Source: Octopus sinensis
Taxonomy: Eukaryota
Assembly (NCBI RefSeq): GCF_006345805.1
Contig: NC_043010.1
Location: forward strand, 34,534,001 to 34,598,000
Direction of reading: 5' to 3'
Length of the DNA stretch: 64,000 nucleotides
Part shown: in pieces, positions 11,828 to 24,845 of the stretch
How the letters are laid out: every line of letters begins with the position of its first letter
Numbering within the stretch: the stretch's first letter is position 1
Notes under the pieces: model-generated
Told to the model about the DNA's origin: nothing
Seen by the model: only the letters and a program-made list of their open reading frames with translations
Databases searched by the model: none
Position numbers and translations under genes: made by a program

Positions 11828-12224
11828 TACTCTTTTATTCTTTTACTTGTTTAAATCATGTGACTGTGGCCATGCTGGAGCACCGACTTTAGTCGAGAAA
11901 ATCGACCCTAGGACTTATTCTTTGTAAACCTAGTACTTATTCTATCAGTCTCTTTTGCTGAATGTAAACACACCAGCATCGGTTGTCAAGCAATGTTGAG
12001 TGGGGGGGTGACAAACACAGATACACAAACATATACATGCTCATACATATATATATATACATATATACGACGGGCTTCTTTCAGTTTCCATCTACTAAAT
12101 CCACTCACAAGGCTTTGGTCAGCCCGAGGCCATAGTAGAAGACACTTGCCCAAGGTGCCATGCAGTGGGACTGAACCCAGAACTATGTGGTTCGTAAGCA
12201 AGCTACTCACCACACAGCCACTCC
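11828..12224 (-). mobile_element. SINE family A with a small internal deletion
   Basis: Reverse complement of family A. Confidence 0.9.
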
Positions 12225-12505
12225 TATGCCTAGGGAGACAAAAATCAAGCGTGGTTGATTTAAGAAGGGAAAAGGTAAATCATCAACATTTGTGGAATGA
12301 AGTCAAGATAATGGATAAGGAAAAACACTGTAAAATGACTAAAAGAATCAATGCATATGCTAGGCTTTGATAACCTCTTTAGTTGGCCTAACATGGAAAT
12401 GAACACTATACAGGAGCCTTTCATTAAGAAAGAAAACATTAAACTAACGACCATAAAAAAAAGTTGGGTTTCAAAGCCCCAAATTTCCATGATCTAATTG
12501 TCCAA

Positions 12506-12728
12506 TGGAGGCATATGGCTTAGTGGTTAGGGTGTTGAACTCATAATCAAAAGAATATGGTTTCTATTCCTGGACTGGGTGATGTATTGTGTTCTTGAGT
12601 AAAACACTTCATTTCACATTGCTCCAGTCCAGTAAGCTGGTAAAAATAAGTAATCCTGCAATGGACTGGTGTCCTGTCCAGGGAGGAATATACACACTAT
12701 GTTGCTTATGGAGCAATGTGGATTAACC
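12506..12728 (+). mobile_element. tRNA-derived SINE, core C
   Basis: Head ggaggcatatggcttagtggttaggg; 13-bp direct repeat aattgtccaatgg at 12496-12508 and 12729-12741. Confidence 0.85.
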
Positions 12729-14305
12729 AATTGTCCAATGGGACAATGGGATTGTGATTAGAAGTATTAATAAAGTGTCATATGTTAAGTGCCATAATTT
12801 ACATGGTGGGCATAAATTCAGTCCATATTGGTCATTCTATACATACTCTGGATGAAGTGCATTAAGTAAGTAACATTACATGTGGGGGAATAATTAATAT
12901 GAGAATATCCCTGGGATGAGCAAAAGAAGGAGAACGATTTGCTCCCTGTGGTTTTAATAGAAGGTTCTATTTGAAATTCTGAAGATATTATTGAATACAA
13001 TGGGCACTAGTAGAAGGCTAAAATATTGCAACAATAACATCCAAAATAAAGATATTAGTATATATATCAGTGTATAAAAATAAATTATACACATGCACAC
13101 ACACATATGCATATATGCATATTACACATATACATATAGTTCAAGCCATCAAGGTTGTCCCAGTGTGGTAACTTAACTTGGTAGAAATAGCAACTAAATC
13201 CTCCCCTCAAATCATTGTTTATCAACAATAATGTAATCCTAGACATGGAATGCATAAAAGAATAGTATAATTATGACGGGAAAGTCTTTGGTCATAAGGT
13301 CTGCTTACTCAAGTCTGACCTGGGTTAAACAACAATAACAAAATACATGTGAATGGTTGTGTGGACAAGCTATAAAACTGCCAACCAAGTATTTATGAGT
13401 TCATACTTTGTTAGTGTTTCAATATGTTTTTGGGAAAGAACATCCCTTCTATGTGTTCAGTGATGTGTTTAACTGGCATCAGTGAGTATCTGTTTATGTA
13501 GTCACTTGACTTTTAGGATAGTGATTCTAGAATGTTGTTTGATCTGATAACTATGACAGCTAAATGTCTTTCATCAAAGATCAGACATTTTTTAATATAT
13601 AGGACATGTAAGCAACCAAAGGAAATTTCTTATGTTAAATAGCCAAAAACTTTCTCTTCAATCTCTTCTATATCCCTAACATTTTTCAAATGATGACTAC
13701 ACAAGCAATCAAAAGAGCTTTTATGTTATTTGATCAGCCCAATATAACAGCTAGTATTCCCTTAAGAAACTCATACTATTTTAAAAATAAAGATCACTCA
13801 AGACAGAGAGGGAGCTTTCTTTGTTGCCATCTGACCTACTCAATTTAGCAACAGGAGTTAGTTCAACAAATTTTTCTGTCTTTAAACTGGGGACATGCAT
13901 GTTTTTTAAAAATATCTAAATCATCAGACAACACCCTTCATGATAAACACATAAAGGTAAAACAGTCACAACTTTAATGCTAACCAGCTTCACAAATCAA
14001 TTTGAGTCAGAGATTGGTGTGTCTAGTGTTACGCAATCAATGGAGTACTTTTGTGGTATCAAGAGGCTGCACAAAGACGACCTGGTAGTAGTAGAAGGGT
14101 GAGAGCCACTCAGCAAATATTGAGAATGTCAAATACAATTGAAACTATTATCCTAGTCAGTAACTTAGTGCAGGGAATTCTGTTCTCATTCACTTAATAT
14201 TTCAAAGCCCTAATGGCTAATCCCATTGTCATGTGACTCACAATCATTAACCAATGAAACATGCTGTATGTTACAACTTGCCCAAAAGGCATTTGTGTTA
14301 GTAGA

Positions 14306-14389
<84 letters not shown>

Positions 14390-14430
14390 ACTACTGTTAC
14401 TGCTGCTGCTGCTAATGATAATGATGATGG
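14306..14430. repeat. Compound (CTA)n(CTG)n microsatellite
   Basis: Direct reading. Confidence 0.95.
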
Positions 14431-14583
14431 TTCTATAGCCTTCAACTTTTTTAATTTAAGGTACTTTTTAATCTAATATTTTACATGCTAGTACTTGTAG
14501 CTTTATCTGCTTCGAGTACCACAATTATAAACAATTAATATATGTACATACACACACACGCACACACACACACACACACACAT

Positions 14584-14638
<55 letters not shown>

Positions 14639-15287
14639 TTGATAGGTAGACATGGTTGAGTAGAAGAAACATTACTTAATTCAAGCATAAATAAAAACTA
14701 TATTGATGGTGGTGGAGGCGATGGTTTTGTTGGTAGGGTTGTATACGCTGTTAAAATTATATCGATGGTTTCAATACCAACATTATTGGTCCTGGAATAC
14801 AGTCACATTGGTCTATCTGATGGTCATCATGTTGATTATAGGGATGATGTCGGGAGTGGTGTTACATCTCTACGATAATGACTACAACTATGTTGTTGAT
14901 GATGATGATGATGATGATGATGGTGGTAGCAGCTAATGCATTAGTGATAATGATGGTGGAGACAGTGATGCTACAAGTGTCGTCAAGATCGTATTAGTAA
15001 TCAAGTAGAAATGTTAATGATGCTGATGACGAAGCAACAAACATATGGACACATGACACATGTACAAAATGTTCATAGACACCTTTATATATTTATAGAA
15101 AAACTCGAAGGCATATTACGTATATACATAATCATGCATCAATACATACATACATACATACACACATTCATATAATGTTTATGCATGTATGTATGTATAC
15201 ATATATATATATATATAAACAAATACATATATATATATATACATACATATATATATACATGCATATACATGTATATATATATATGTA

Positions 15288-15334
<47 letters not shown>

Positions 15335-15356
15335 TATATATATAATAAATAATAAA

Positions 15357-15603
15357 TGCGCCCTTTTAAAGCCTAGCCAGACTCATGGTCCTGGTTTCCC
15401 GGTTTCAATGGCGTATGTGTTCCCCAGCTGGATGGGACGCCAGTCCATTGCAGCATTACTCATTTTTGCCAGCTGAGTGGACTGGAGCAATGTGAAATGA
15501 AGTGTTTTGCTCAAGAACACAATGCATCACCTGGTCCAGGAATCAAAACCACAATCTTACAATCATGATGCTGACACCCTAACCACTAAACCACGCGCCT
15601 CCA
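15357..15603 (-). mobile_element. SINE core C + tail 1, full length
   Basis: Reverse complement of 38381-38630. Confidence 0.92.
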
Positions 15604-15808
15604 CATATATATATGAGAGATTATGTAAATGACTAGGGAACATAAAATTATGTAACGAACTTCAGAGTTAATGAAGTTCATTCCATTATTCCTTGTTCCT
15701 TTGCCATCTATGTAGTCTCTTATTACACTCTGTACTCACCTAACACTTTTTTCTGAAACATATGTTCTAACACCTGGTTATTAGTATCACCATGCCTAAG
15801 CGAAATAT

Positions 15809-15851
<43 letters not shown>

Positions 15852-16977
15852 CATGCATAACAGATAGATGCACATATGCCAACAAAATGCAATTTTAGTT
15901 CTTTCATTATTGAGAGTGCACAATTCAATGGGTAGTTGGTGCTATGACTTGTATCTAAGACAATTAAATAAGTAGCAATGAAGCACTTTAATATACAAAA
16001 TTAAGAAAATATGGAAGTGTCAATACAAGTGACCTTGTGGGGCATCTAGATGCTTCGGCAGCTGTTCACCTTGTCAGCTGCTGTTGAACTAAAGATAGCT
16101 ATGTCACCACAGAACATATATATATATATATATATATATATGTATCACTTCTTGACATGATGAGTAGTTGCAATATAAACTGAGCACAAATGGTCAATAG
16201 AATGTTGTTGCCTTACATATTAACAGGAAATAATAGCTATCTTGGAAAGGTAGTGAGAAATGCACATATGCACATGCATGCATATAAATGCACACATACA
16301 CACACACACACACATACACATTTATATACATATCTATCTGTCTGACCCATGAAAGCATCAAAAATTGGAAGTGGAAACTATGATAATGGTGATAATGATG
16401 ATGATCACACACATACACACATTGTATATTATACCATGTGCATATATTTAAAGCTTGTTTTTATGTAAAGTTAGATAAAAAACAGTTGATCATTAAATTA
16501 AAGACTCACTCAATATTCTTTAGGAGTGTGTTATATCTAATATTTTTTTTTGCAAGATGAATGTTGTCAGGGACCGCAGAGTTGTGGCTTCCTTGCCATC
16601 ATCAGACAGACTGACAATGGCAAATAGGCTGAAATTTTGAAGTCACTGCGAACCTTTTGCTTGTAGCCTTATGGTTAGGGTATCAGGCTCACTGTAACAA
16701 TGTTATGGGTTCAATTTCTGAAGTGGGTAGCACTTCATGTCCTTGAGCAAGGTACTTCATTTCACATTGCTTCAGTTTAGCTCAGCTGAAAATGAGCACC
16801 AGCCGAACTGCTGATGTAGCCCTACCCTCCTGCTTCCTGCTGTCAGACCCTTGATGTTTCATCATGTCAAGTGTAAGAAACCTTGGGCTACTCTCTTCTA
16901 CTATAGCAACTCCATGCTGGCCAAAACCTTGTGAGCGGATTTCTTTTATCGAAACTGAAACCCATGGCATATGTATA

Positions 16978-16981
<4 letters not shown>

Positions 16982-17047
<66 letters not shown>

Positions 17048-17112
17048 TGTGTGTGTGTGTGTGTATGTGTGTGTATATATATATATGCATATGTGTGTGT
17101 GTGTGTGTATGT
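16982..17112. repeat. (GT)n microsatellite
   Basis: Direct reading. Confidence 0.97.
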
Positions 17113-17989
17113 GTAGTCTTGTCAAGATATCATGTGATGATTATAAATAAGCATCATCATCATACAAGTTGTTTGTTTCCAGAAAGACCTGTCTGTCAAT
17201 TAGAAACTATTACCTTGCCTGGAAACAGTTGAGGATTGGTGAGAGGAATGGCATCTGGCCATAGAAAATTTGCCTCAATGAATTCCATCTAACTCATGCA
17301 AGCATGAAAAAGTGGACGTGAAGTGATGATGATGATGATGATGATGAAGATGACGAGGGCATACATATATTTATATATATTAATGTATGTATATATACAC
17401 ATATATATATTTAACTTTGACAAATAATTTCCATTACAATCCACATGTCCAAATTTGATTACACTGTAACTTGAACATATGTCTTTGAATCAGTTTTAGG
17501 TGGAGAGAAATTGTAGAGATAGAATCTGTTCTGTTATTGTGATACACAAGAGAAGTCTGGTCACCCATGGCATAACTTTTCTGCCCTTGTATTAAAGGTA
17601 TTAAAGGAATAAGGGTCTACAGGGTCAAATGTGTAAATAGTTTCAGTGATGATTGAAATATACACACACATACACACAAGTATATATTTAAATATATATG
17701 TACATATAATATATATATAAGGTGTATGTTATGCCCAAATGTCCATAGACATTTGGATATGTATTGATATACATATCACCATCTTTTTTATGTCTGCTTT
17801 CCATACTGGTATGTGTTAGATGCATTTTTGAGGCAATATTTCTCAGATGGATTCCCTTGTTGCCAGCTATTTTGGTTATCTTTCACAATATCCGGGACAC
17901 AATGTATATACTCTAATAGTAGGATACACAACAAATGTATATATATATATATATATATATAAATATATATGTACATATGTGTGTGTGTA

Positions 17990-18178
17990 TACCTATTTCT
18001 TTACTACCCACAAGGGGCTAAACACAGAGAGGACAAACAAGGACAGACAAACGGATGAAGTCGATTAAATCGACCCCAGTGCGTAACTGGTACTTATTTA
18101 ATCGACCCCGAAAGGATGAAAGGCAAAGTCAGCCTCTGCGGAATTTGAACTCAGAACGTAGCGGCAGGCGAAATACCA
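17990..18178 (-). mobile_element. SINE family B (long tail), 5'-truncated
   Basis: Reverse complement of 38880-39074. Confidence 0.88.
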
Positions 18179-18329
18179 TCATCATTTTGACATCTATTTA
18201 TCCATACTTGTATAAACCACATGAAATTAGTCGAGACATTATATATATAAGATATATGTTCTGGAAAGTCAAGCATCTGATTTTGGGATTGCAAACTAAC
18301 TATACAAATCACTAGACTGGATGGATGAT

Positions 18330-18575
18330 TCTGCAGAATACCACACACTCCACCTGGTCCATCCAGAGTAAGGACCTAATACTGTAACAGCTTAGGGTTC
18401 AAAGGTCCAAAATTTGTTAAGACCTTGCCAAGAGTCCTCAGAGAACTACAAAGAGTAGCTGTAGATGTGTTCAAAGGAAATTTAAACAAATTATATATGA
18501 TATACCAGATGAAACAATATCACAGCTAGAAATGCAAAGGAGGGCAGCTCTATCCAGCTCACTACTTCACCAAGA
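18330..18575 (+). mobile_element. Decayed LINE 3' coding end (CR1/L2-group-like)
   Basis: Remnant reading SLGFKGPKFVKTLPRVLRELQRVAVDVFKGNLNKL...IPDE...RAALSSSLLHQ resembles LINE RT C-termini (judged from memory). Confidence 0.55.
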
Positions 18576-18942
18576 CCGGTTCTAGAAACAGGACCAGGAA
18601 ATGAGTTTAAAATAAACTAGAATTAATGCCAGTCTCTGACTGAAGTCAACTATAAAATTTAAATATATATATTCACTTAGATTGATAACAGTGATGGTAA
18701 TAAGAATATTAGCACTAAGATATAAGAAGGTAAAAATCTCACATACTTGCATCATGTAATGTTGATGGAATTAACTCAAGATGGCCAGAATGTTATTTCA
18801 TAATTCTGTTTTCTCTATTTTTTGTTTTTCCAATACATGCGTAGTTTTCGTATGAGTGTGTATTTTTACTCCTAAATCTATACACTAAAACAACCATGTG
18901 TCACCATTAAAATATATACTTCTACATACATGCTTATAGACA

Positions 18943-18992
<50 letters not shown>

Positions 18993-19063
18993 TGTGTGTG
19001 TGTGTGTGTATGTGTGTGTGAGTGTGTGTGTATATATATATTTATATATACGCACACACATGT

Positions 19064-19095
<32 letters not shown>

Positions 19096-20951
19096 ATATA
19101 TATATATTATATATATATATATATATATCACCTCTTTCTGATTTTTCTAAGAATTTTCATTCTGTTGTTGGTGTTGCGTTGGAACACCTATATTGTCCAG
19201 GATTCTGTGCTTTTGAGATTTTGATCAACAGAATTTTAATGCAAATTAAGAAATCTGTTTTGTTTTAGTGTCCTTTTACATAAATGATTTTATTTTTTTA
19301 GTTTATTTTGAAATTGTTGTTCTATATCTATGTCTTCTAATTATAAAAAAAAAAGGATAATTTCATTAAATTAATTTTTGTTTGTATTAATTTTGTATGT
19401 CTTGTTTTGTCATTTTTGCAATTTATTATTAATATTTTGGGGGAGAGGACTGAAGGGGGTTAATTTTGTTCTTATTTTATTCCATCTCATTGCAATTACG
19501 TTGCTTTTTTTATCATTTCCCAAATTATCTCCGTCGGTTTTGTTCTAAGACATTGAATCTAGATAGGTTAGGATAGGTGAGGCAAAAAATAAAAAATTAA
19601 TTAAAAAAAAAAATGAAGCAATGTGGGTGGAGTGCAAGGGTTAGAGGTGAGATGTAGAAAAGACAGAAATTGAAATATCTGATGCGTCATTGATTACCGG
19701 CATAGAATGTTCCAGAAGAACAGGAAGTCGGGAGATAACGGAAGCTAAACAGTCAGCTGTTCTGGAAATTGCCGCTTTTTCTACTATCGGCTAGTACTGG
19801 CATTTGTGCTTTTGTTGTAGCTGTTATTGTGGTCATTCTTGTTATTGCTGTTGTTTAGTCGCCTGTTAAGGTCAGCCCTGATTGAGTACAATCTATTATC
19901 AAAAATCTTCCTCAAGTAACCATCAACATATTTTCTTAAAGATGGTAGAGGGCAAATGGAAAGATGACGTTTAGCCTGGCTGCTGTTTCTAGCAAATTCA
20001 GTGGTTGTAGAGACACTGCCTTACTGGCTTGTTATTATTGTAGTTGTTGTTAGTAGTGGTGGTTGTGGTGCTGGTGGCAGCCATCATCATCATTGTCATC
20101 ATCATCATCATCATCCTCATCATCATTATCACCAAAGTCTAGCATCTGCTTTTTCTATAATGGCATGGAATTGGGCATGTTTGCAGCAAAATGAATCCCC
20201 ATTCCACTTGGTTTTGCATCATCTTGTCGATGGTGTTGATGGCATTGGTTGTGATGATTGTGATAATAGTAGTGGTGGTGGTGGTGGTGTTAGCAGAATG
20301 GTAATTTGTTAGTAGCAGAACTATTGATGTTAGTGGTGGTGATGATAGTAACAGTGGCTATTGGCATTTATAGCCCTAGGTCAAGCGTGATCAAACAGAC
20401 TTATGATCTAAGATATTCCAACCATGACCATCCCATCTCATCTGTTTTTCAAAAATACCTCAAACTACATTATCCAATGTGTCCAATATTTTTTAAAGAT
20501 GGCAGAGTATAATTCGAGGGGGACATAATTACTATCTCTAGCATATTAAGCAACTGCCAAGAAATTTCCATTGGTGATAATAGTGGGTTATTGAGCTTGT
20601 AGTAGTAGACAATGGTAGAAGTAGTGGTAGTAGTAGTAGAACAGATGGTGATGGTCATCATAGTAGTAAAGGTCATAGTATGTATGATAAAGTAGTATAA
20701 GTGTGCATGGTACATTTGTGTGTTTGGGTGCGTGATGGAAAATGCAGTTGGTTTGGGCAAAATACAACAAATCAGAAAAACATAAATGTATGACAGCAAT
20801 GTCCACTGTGGGTGTAGTGTAGTGACCTTCATCACTTGTCATGTGTTACTGCCATTGTCGTTTACCGCTTTTCTTTTTACCGATGTTGGTGTCGGCTTTT
20901 CAGTGGTGTTGGCGGATGCCGGCATGATGAGTGTAAGGACGCATGGTAGAA

Positions 20952-20984
<33 letters not shown>

Positions 20985-21063
20985 AAGAAAGAGAGAGAGA
21001 GAGGGAGAGGGAGAGAGAGAGAGAGAGAAGATAATGTTAATTTTGCAGTTTCTGTGTGTATAG

Positions 21064-21104
<41 letters not shown>

Positions 21105-21584
21105 TACACGTATATACACACATACATATACATACATATGTATATATATATATATATATTTATATATATGCACATATATATGTATACACGCACACACATG
21201 CGCACGCACACACACACACACAGTCTGATTCATGAAAGCATGGAAAAATGGACATTAATTATGATGATGATGACAATAAGGATGATGATGATATATGTGT
21301 ATGTATGTATATAAGTATATATATATATGTTCACATTTTTTTTTGTTATTATTGTCATATTGTCACCTCTTTTGGTGGCAACTCCCAAAAATAGAAAACA
21401 CCCCTTCTTTCTCCCTTTCACCTTCTTTCTCCTCCCTTAAGCCCCCTCAGGTAAATCTGTAAACAAAATGAAACGACAAATTTCAGGTGTATATGTGTGT
21501 GTGTATGTATGTATGTGCATATGGGGGTTGCTTATTACGTTTTAAAGAACAGAGTCGAGAAAATAGCAAATATACATACACATC

Positions 21585-23145
21585 AGGATGGTGGTGGTGG
21601 TGGTGATGGTGGTGGTGGTAATAGTAGCTGTTGTTGTTGTAGTTGTTGTTGTTGTTGCTGTTGTGGCGGTAGTGTGGCAGTGTTGGAATCATCTGTGGCA
21701 ATGTTGTAAAGGTGGTGAAGGTGGTGATGGCAATGTTGCTGTTGTTGTCGTCGTAGTCGGTGGTTGTTTAGTATTTCTTCATAGCACACTCACACACACA
21801 CACACGCACGCACACACACACACACTAGATGTCTAAATGTGGTGTTGGTGGTGGCGACAGTGTTTCTTGCTGTTATTGTTGTTGTTGGTTGTTGGTTGTG
21901 GTTGTGGTTCTAGTTTTGTTGTGGTAGTGGTGGCCGTTGTCATACTCTCTCACACCACACCAGTCCAGTATTGGGGGTAATGGTATTGGTATATTGGTAG
22001 TATCAGTGGTAGTTGGAAGTGGTGAGGAGAAAGCAGTGATGGTGGTGGTGGTGGTGGTAGTGGTGACGATTTTGTTGTTGTTGTTGTTGTTGTTGTTGTC
22101 GTCGATGCTGTCATCATCGTATTTCCTCACAACAGCCTGGTTTTTGTGGTAGTGATTATGTCGGTATTGGAAATGATGATTGTAGTTTGGATAAGCAGAA
22201 GGAAAGATGGAAGGAAGACAGGAAGAGAAAAAGGAGAGGAAAAGGAGGGTGGTGGAGTGTGGGTTGTATGGAGGAGGGGTTTGAGGAGTGGTGGGAAGAG
22301 ATGCTGCAATGCAGTAAGAGACTGACATTAAGCTTGAATGGTGTTGGTGGTGTCGGTGGTGGTGGTATTGATGTTGGTGGTGTTGTTGGTGGTGTTGATG
22401 GTTGTAGTGATTAGGGCTGTGCTTATGGTTATGGTGGTGGAGGTGGTGGTGTTGGTGGTGGTGGTGTTGGTGGTGATGTCCCACCTACTGCTGTAGTGAG
22501 ACGACAACTATTGCCATTGGTTTGCCACACATACTGTGCAACACGCCGTGCACTATACCGAACCGCACCGAAGATCAATCTGCACATATGATTGCTGTCT
22601 TTTGTCCTTTATATATAGATGTGTTGTAACAACAACGAGAACAACAGCAGCAGTAGCAGTAGCTGAAACAGCAGCAGCAGCAGCAGATATTGCAGCAGCA
22701 GCAGCAATTGCAAGTATAAAAGCAGCAGTTGCAACAACCAATGCAGCAGTAACAGAAAAAAAGTAACTGCACCTGCAGCAACAGCAAAATACAGGAACAA
22801 ATATGAAGGTAACAGCAGCAATTAACAGTAATTAGCAGCAGCAATTAGCAATGACAATGAAGAACACAGCTGGCAGCAGCAGCAGCTGTATTTCTAGTGA
22901 AATCCTTAGTCACGTCATCAGCAGCAATAACAACAACAGCAGCAATGACAGCAGCAACAGCAGCGTCAGCATCTGGTTGTAGCAGTAGTCATAGCAATAA
23001 CCATAGCAGCATCAGCTGTTGCAGCGACATCAGCAACAAGTGAAGCAACAATAGTAGAAAGAACAACAACAGTCACAGAAGGAGCTTGTATGTTATCACT
23101 AGATCTGCCCCTGTTGTTGTTGTTGTTGTTGTTGTTGTTTAATCT
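21585..23145. repeat. Extended mosaic trinucleotide tract: (GGT)n, (GTT)n, (CAG)n
   Basis: Direct reading; no consistent long reading frame. Confidence 0.9.
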
Positions 23146-23442
23146 CAGCAGAGACCTATGATCAAAAGTGCTGCTGCTTGGCCACCCAATCTTTATTAGA
23201 CAGTGTATCTAGGTCTACTTATTTAATGTGTCCTTTTAAAATGGCTGTAATTTGTGATTTGAGGAAGATTTGACTGCTATTTCTTTAGAAACTGTTATAA
23301 ACCTGAAGAAAGCCAGAAGCTACACAATGGCTGAAATATTGTGAATTCTAGTTTGAAAATATACCAGTGTTCAATAATGATAATTCTTTAAAAAGTAGAT
23401 GATTCACAAGGTCCCAATGTCTCAGAAATAGTGGTGGTAAGC

Positions 23443-23694
23443 CAGTGGTTCCCAATCATTTTTTGTCTCAGGACCCCTTTGATTCCTATTTTTCTAAGGG
23501 TTGGGACTCTTATATTCATTTGATGTCTAAAAATGCTTATTATGATTAAACATTATTAGGAATTGTATTTTAAAAAATGTTTAAATATTTTGTGTATTGT
23601 AGAAGTATAACCAGTTAATTGCACATGAATTTTACCAACACACCTATATATGGACCCCCAAGGTGGTCAGATGGACCCCTGTTGAGAATCACTG
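23443..23694. mobile_element. hAT-type MITE
   Basis: TIRs cagtggttcccaa / ttgagaatcactg; 8-bp TSD tggtaagc (23435-42) / tgataagc (23695-702). Confidence 0.8.
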
Positions 23695-24261
23695 TGATAA
23701 GCACATGAACTGGGGAAGGACCATTATATAGTCACAAAACATATTTCCTCCAATAAGCTCTAATGTTCTGTAATTGAATAGGAACCCCATCAACTAGTGA
23801 AGAAGCTTGTATATTGTCTCTTGCCTGTTCAGTGTAGTCAGTATAACTCTCCATAGAACCTTTGAAATATGGAACTATTTGAACAAAAACATCCCAACTT
23901 AATTACTGAAAAGCCCTATAATGCCTTTGAAATAAGAGTCACATGAACCCATGGAAAAGCTTGCACAAGGTCTCTGAAATGGTGGTTCTCAAATAGTGTG
24001 TTTTAACACATAGTAGGTTTTTAAAAATATAATTACAGGTTTCAGAAAATCCATACTAACATTTGAGTCTTGAAAAATAGTGTAATTATATATTTTTAAT
24101 ATAGTGTTGTTATAAATTTACTAAAGTAAAAAGTGAAAGGAACTGGAAAAAAGAAAATGAATAAAAGAAAAAGGAAGTTAGTAAATAAATAATCAGCTAT
24201 ACATTGTGCCAAGGGAAGCTTGTGTTCCCCTGTGAAAATTATTGAGATACTCTAAAAATAC

Positions 24262-24845
24262 TCACAACCTCACTGTGGGTGACTGCAGAGCTGAGTTGCC
24301 GGTACAGTTAGAAAACCTCCTGAGTATTATCTGATACCTCATGAGGCAAGAAGTTAACAAAGTCAAAATTCTTGTCAACCATCCAGCATCTCTTTCCATC
24401 AATGTCTGAGAAGATACAAGCTGAAAATTGTAATTTATCAACAAATCACCTCATTCAGCTACAAATGCAGTAATCCCCATTTTTACCGCAGTATGAAGGA
24501 CCTGAGATGAGATAGATGAGATTTTAATAGTGCTGTCCTATATGAAGTATTGTTCGTTAGCCCAAATCCACTGGGCCTCTTTCCATCATCCATCAATGAA
24601 CCCAATGGTTCTGAAGTCAGGGAAATGTTTACTCCTGCTAGGGCTCATTTAATGATTAGGTTTATCTCATTGTGGTGACTAGTGTGGTCAACATTTAATC
24701 GACATGATATTTCATGAAGAGTGCTAGGATCATGGGACTTACCACAACACCTCATTCTCTCACATACACCAACTCCATGTTTGAGGATGATGCAGAAGTA
24801 GAGCTCAGCCAAGCTTAGGAAGGCACCAATGTTTGCCACAAACAA
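24262..24845 (-). pseudogene. Decayed C-terminus of a CRE-like non-LTR retrotransposon (zinc knuckle plus restriction-like endonuclease)
   Basis: Reads ILKHGVGVCERMRCCGKSHDPSTLHEISCR...HHNEINLIIK*ALAGVNISLTSEPLGSLMDDGKRPSG, then NYNFQLVSSQTL...RRFSNCTGNSA. Fits the CxCG...D...H...C...RH / EP.G...DGKRPDG / QRGNA pattern. Confidence 0.7.

Noticed and set aside
21873-22484. 203-aa His/Gln/Thr-rich ORF as a transcription-factor N-terminus
   Set aside because: Built from (CAC)n/(AAC)n repeats, with no conserved domain or supporting splice structure.
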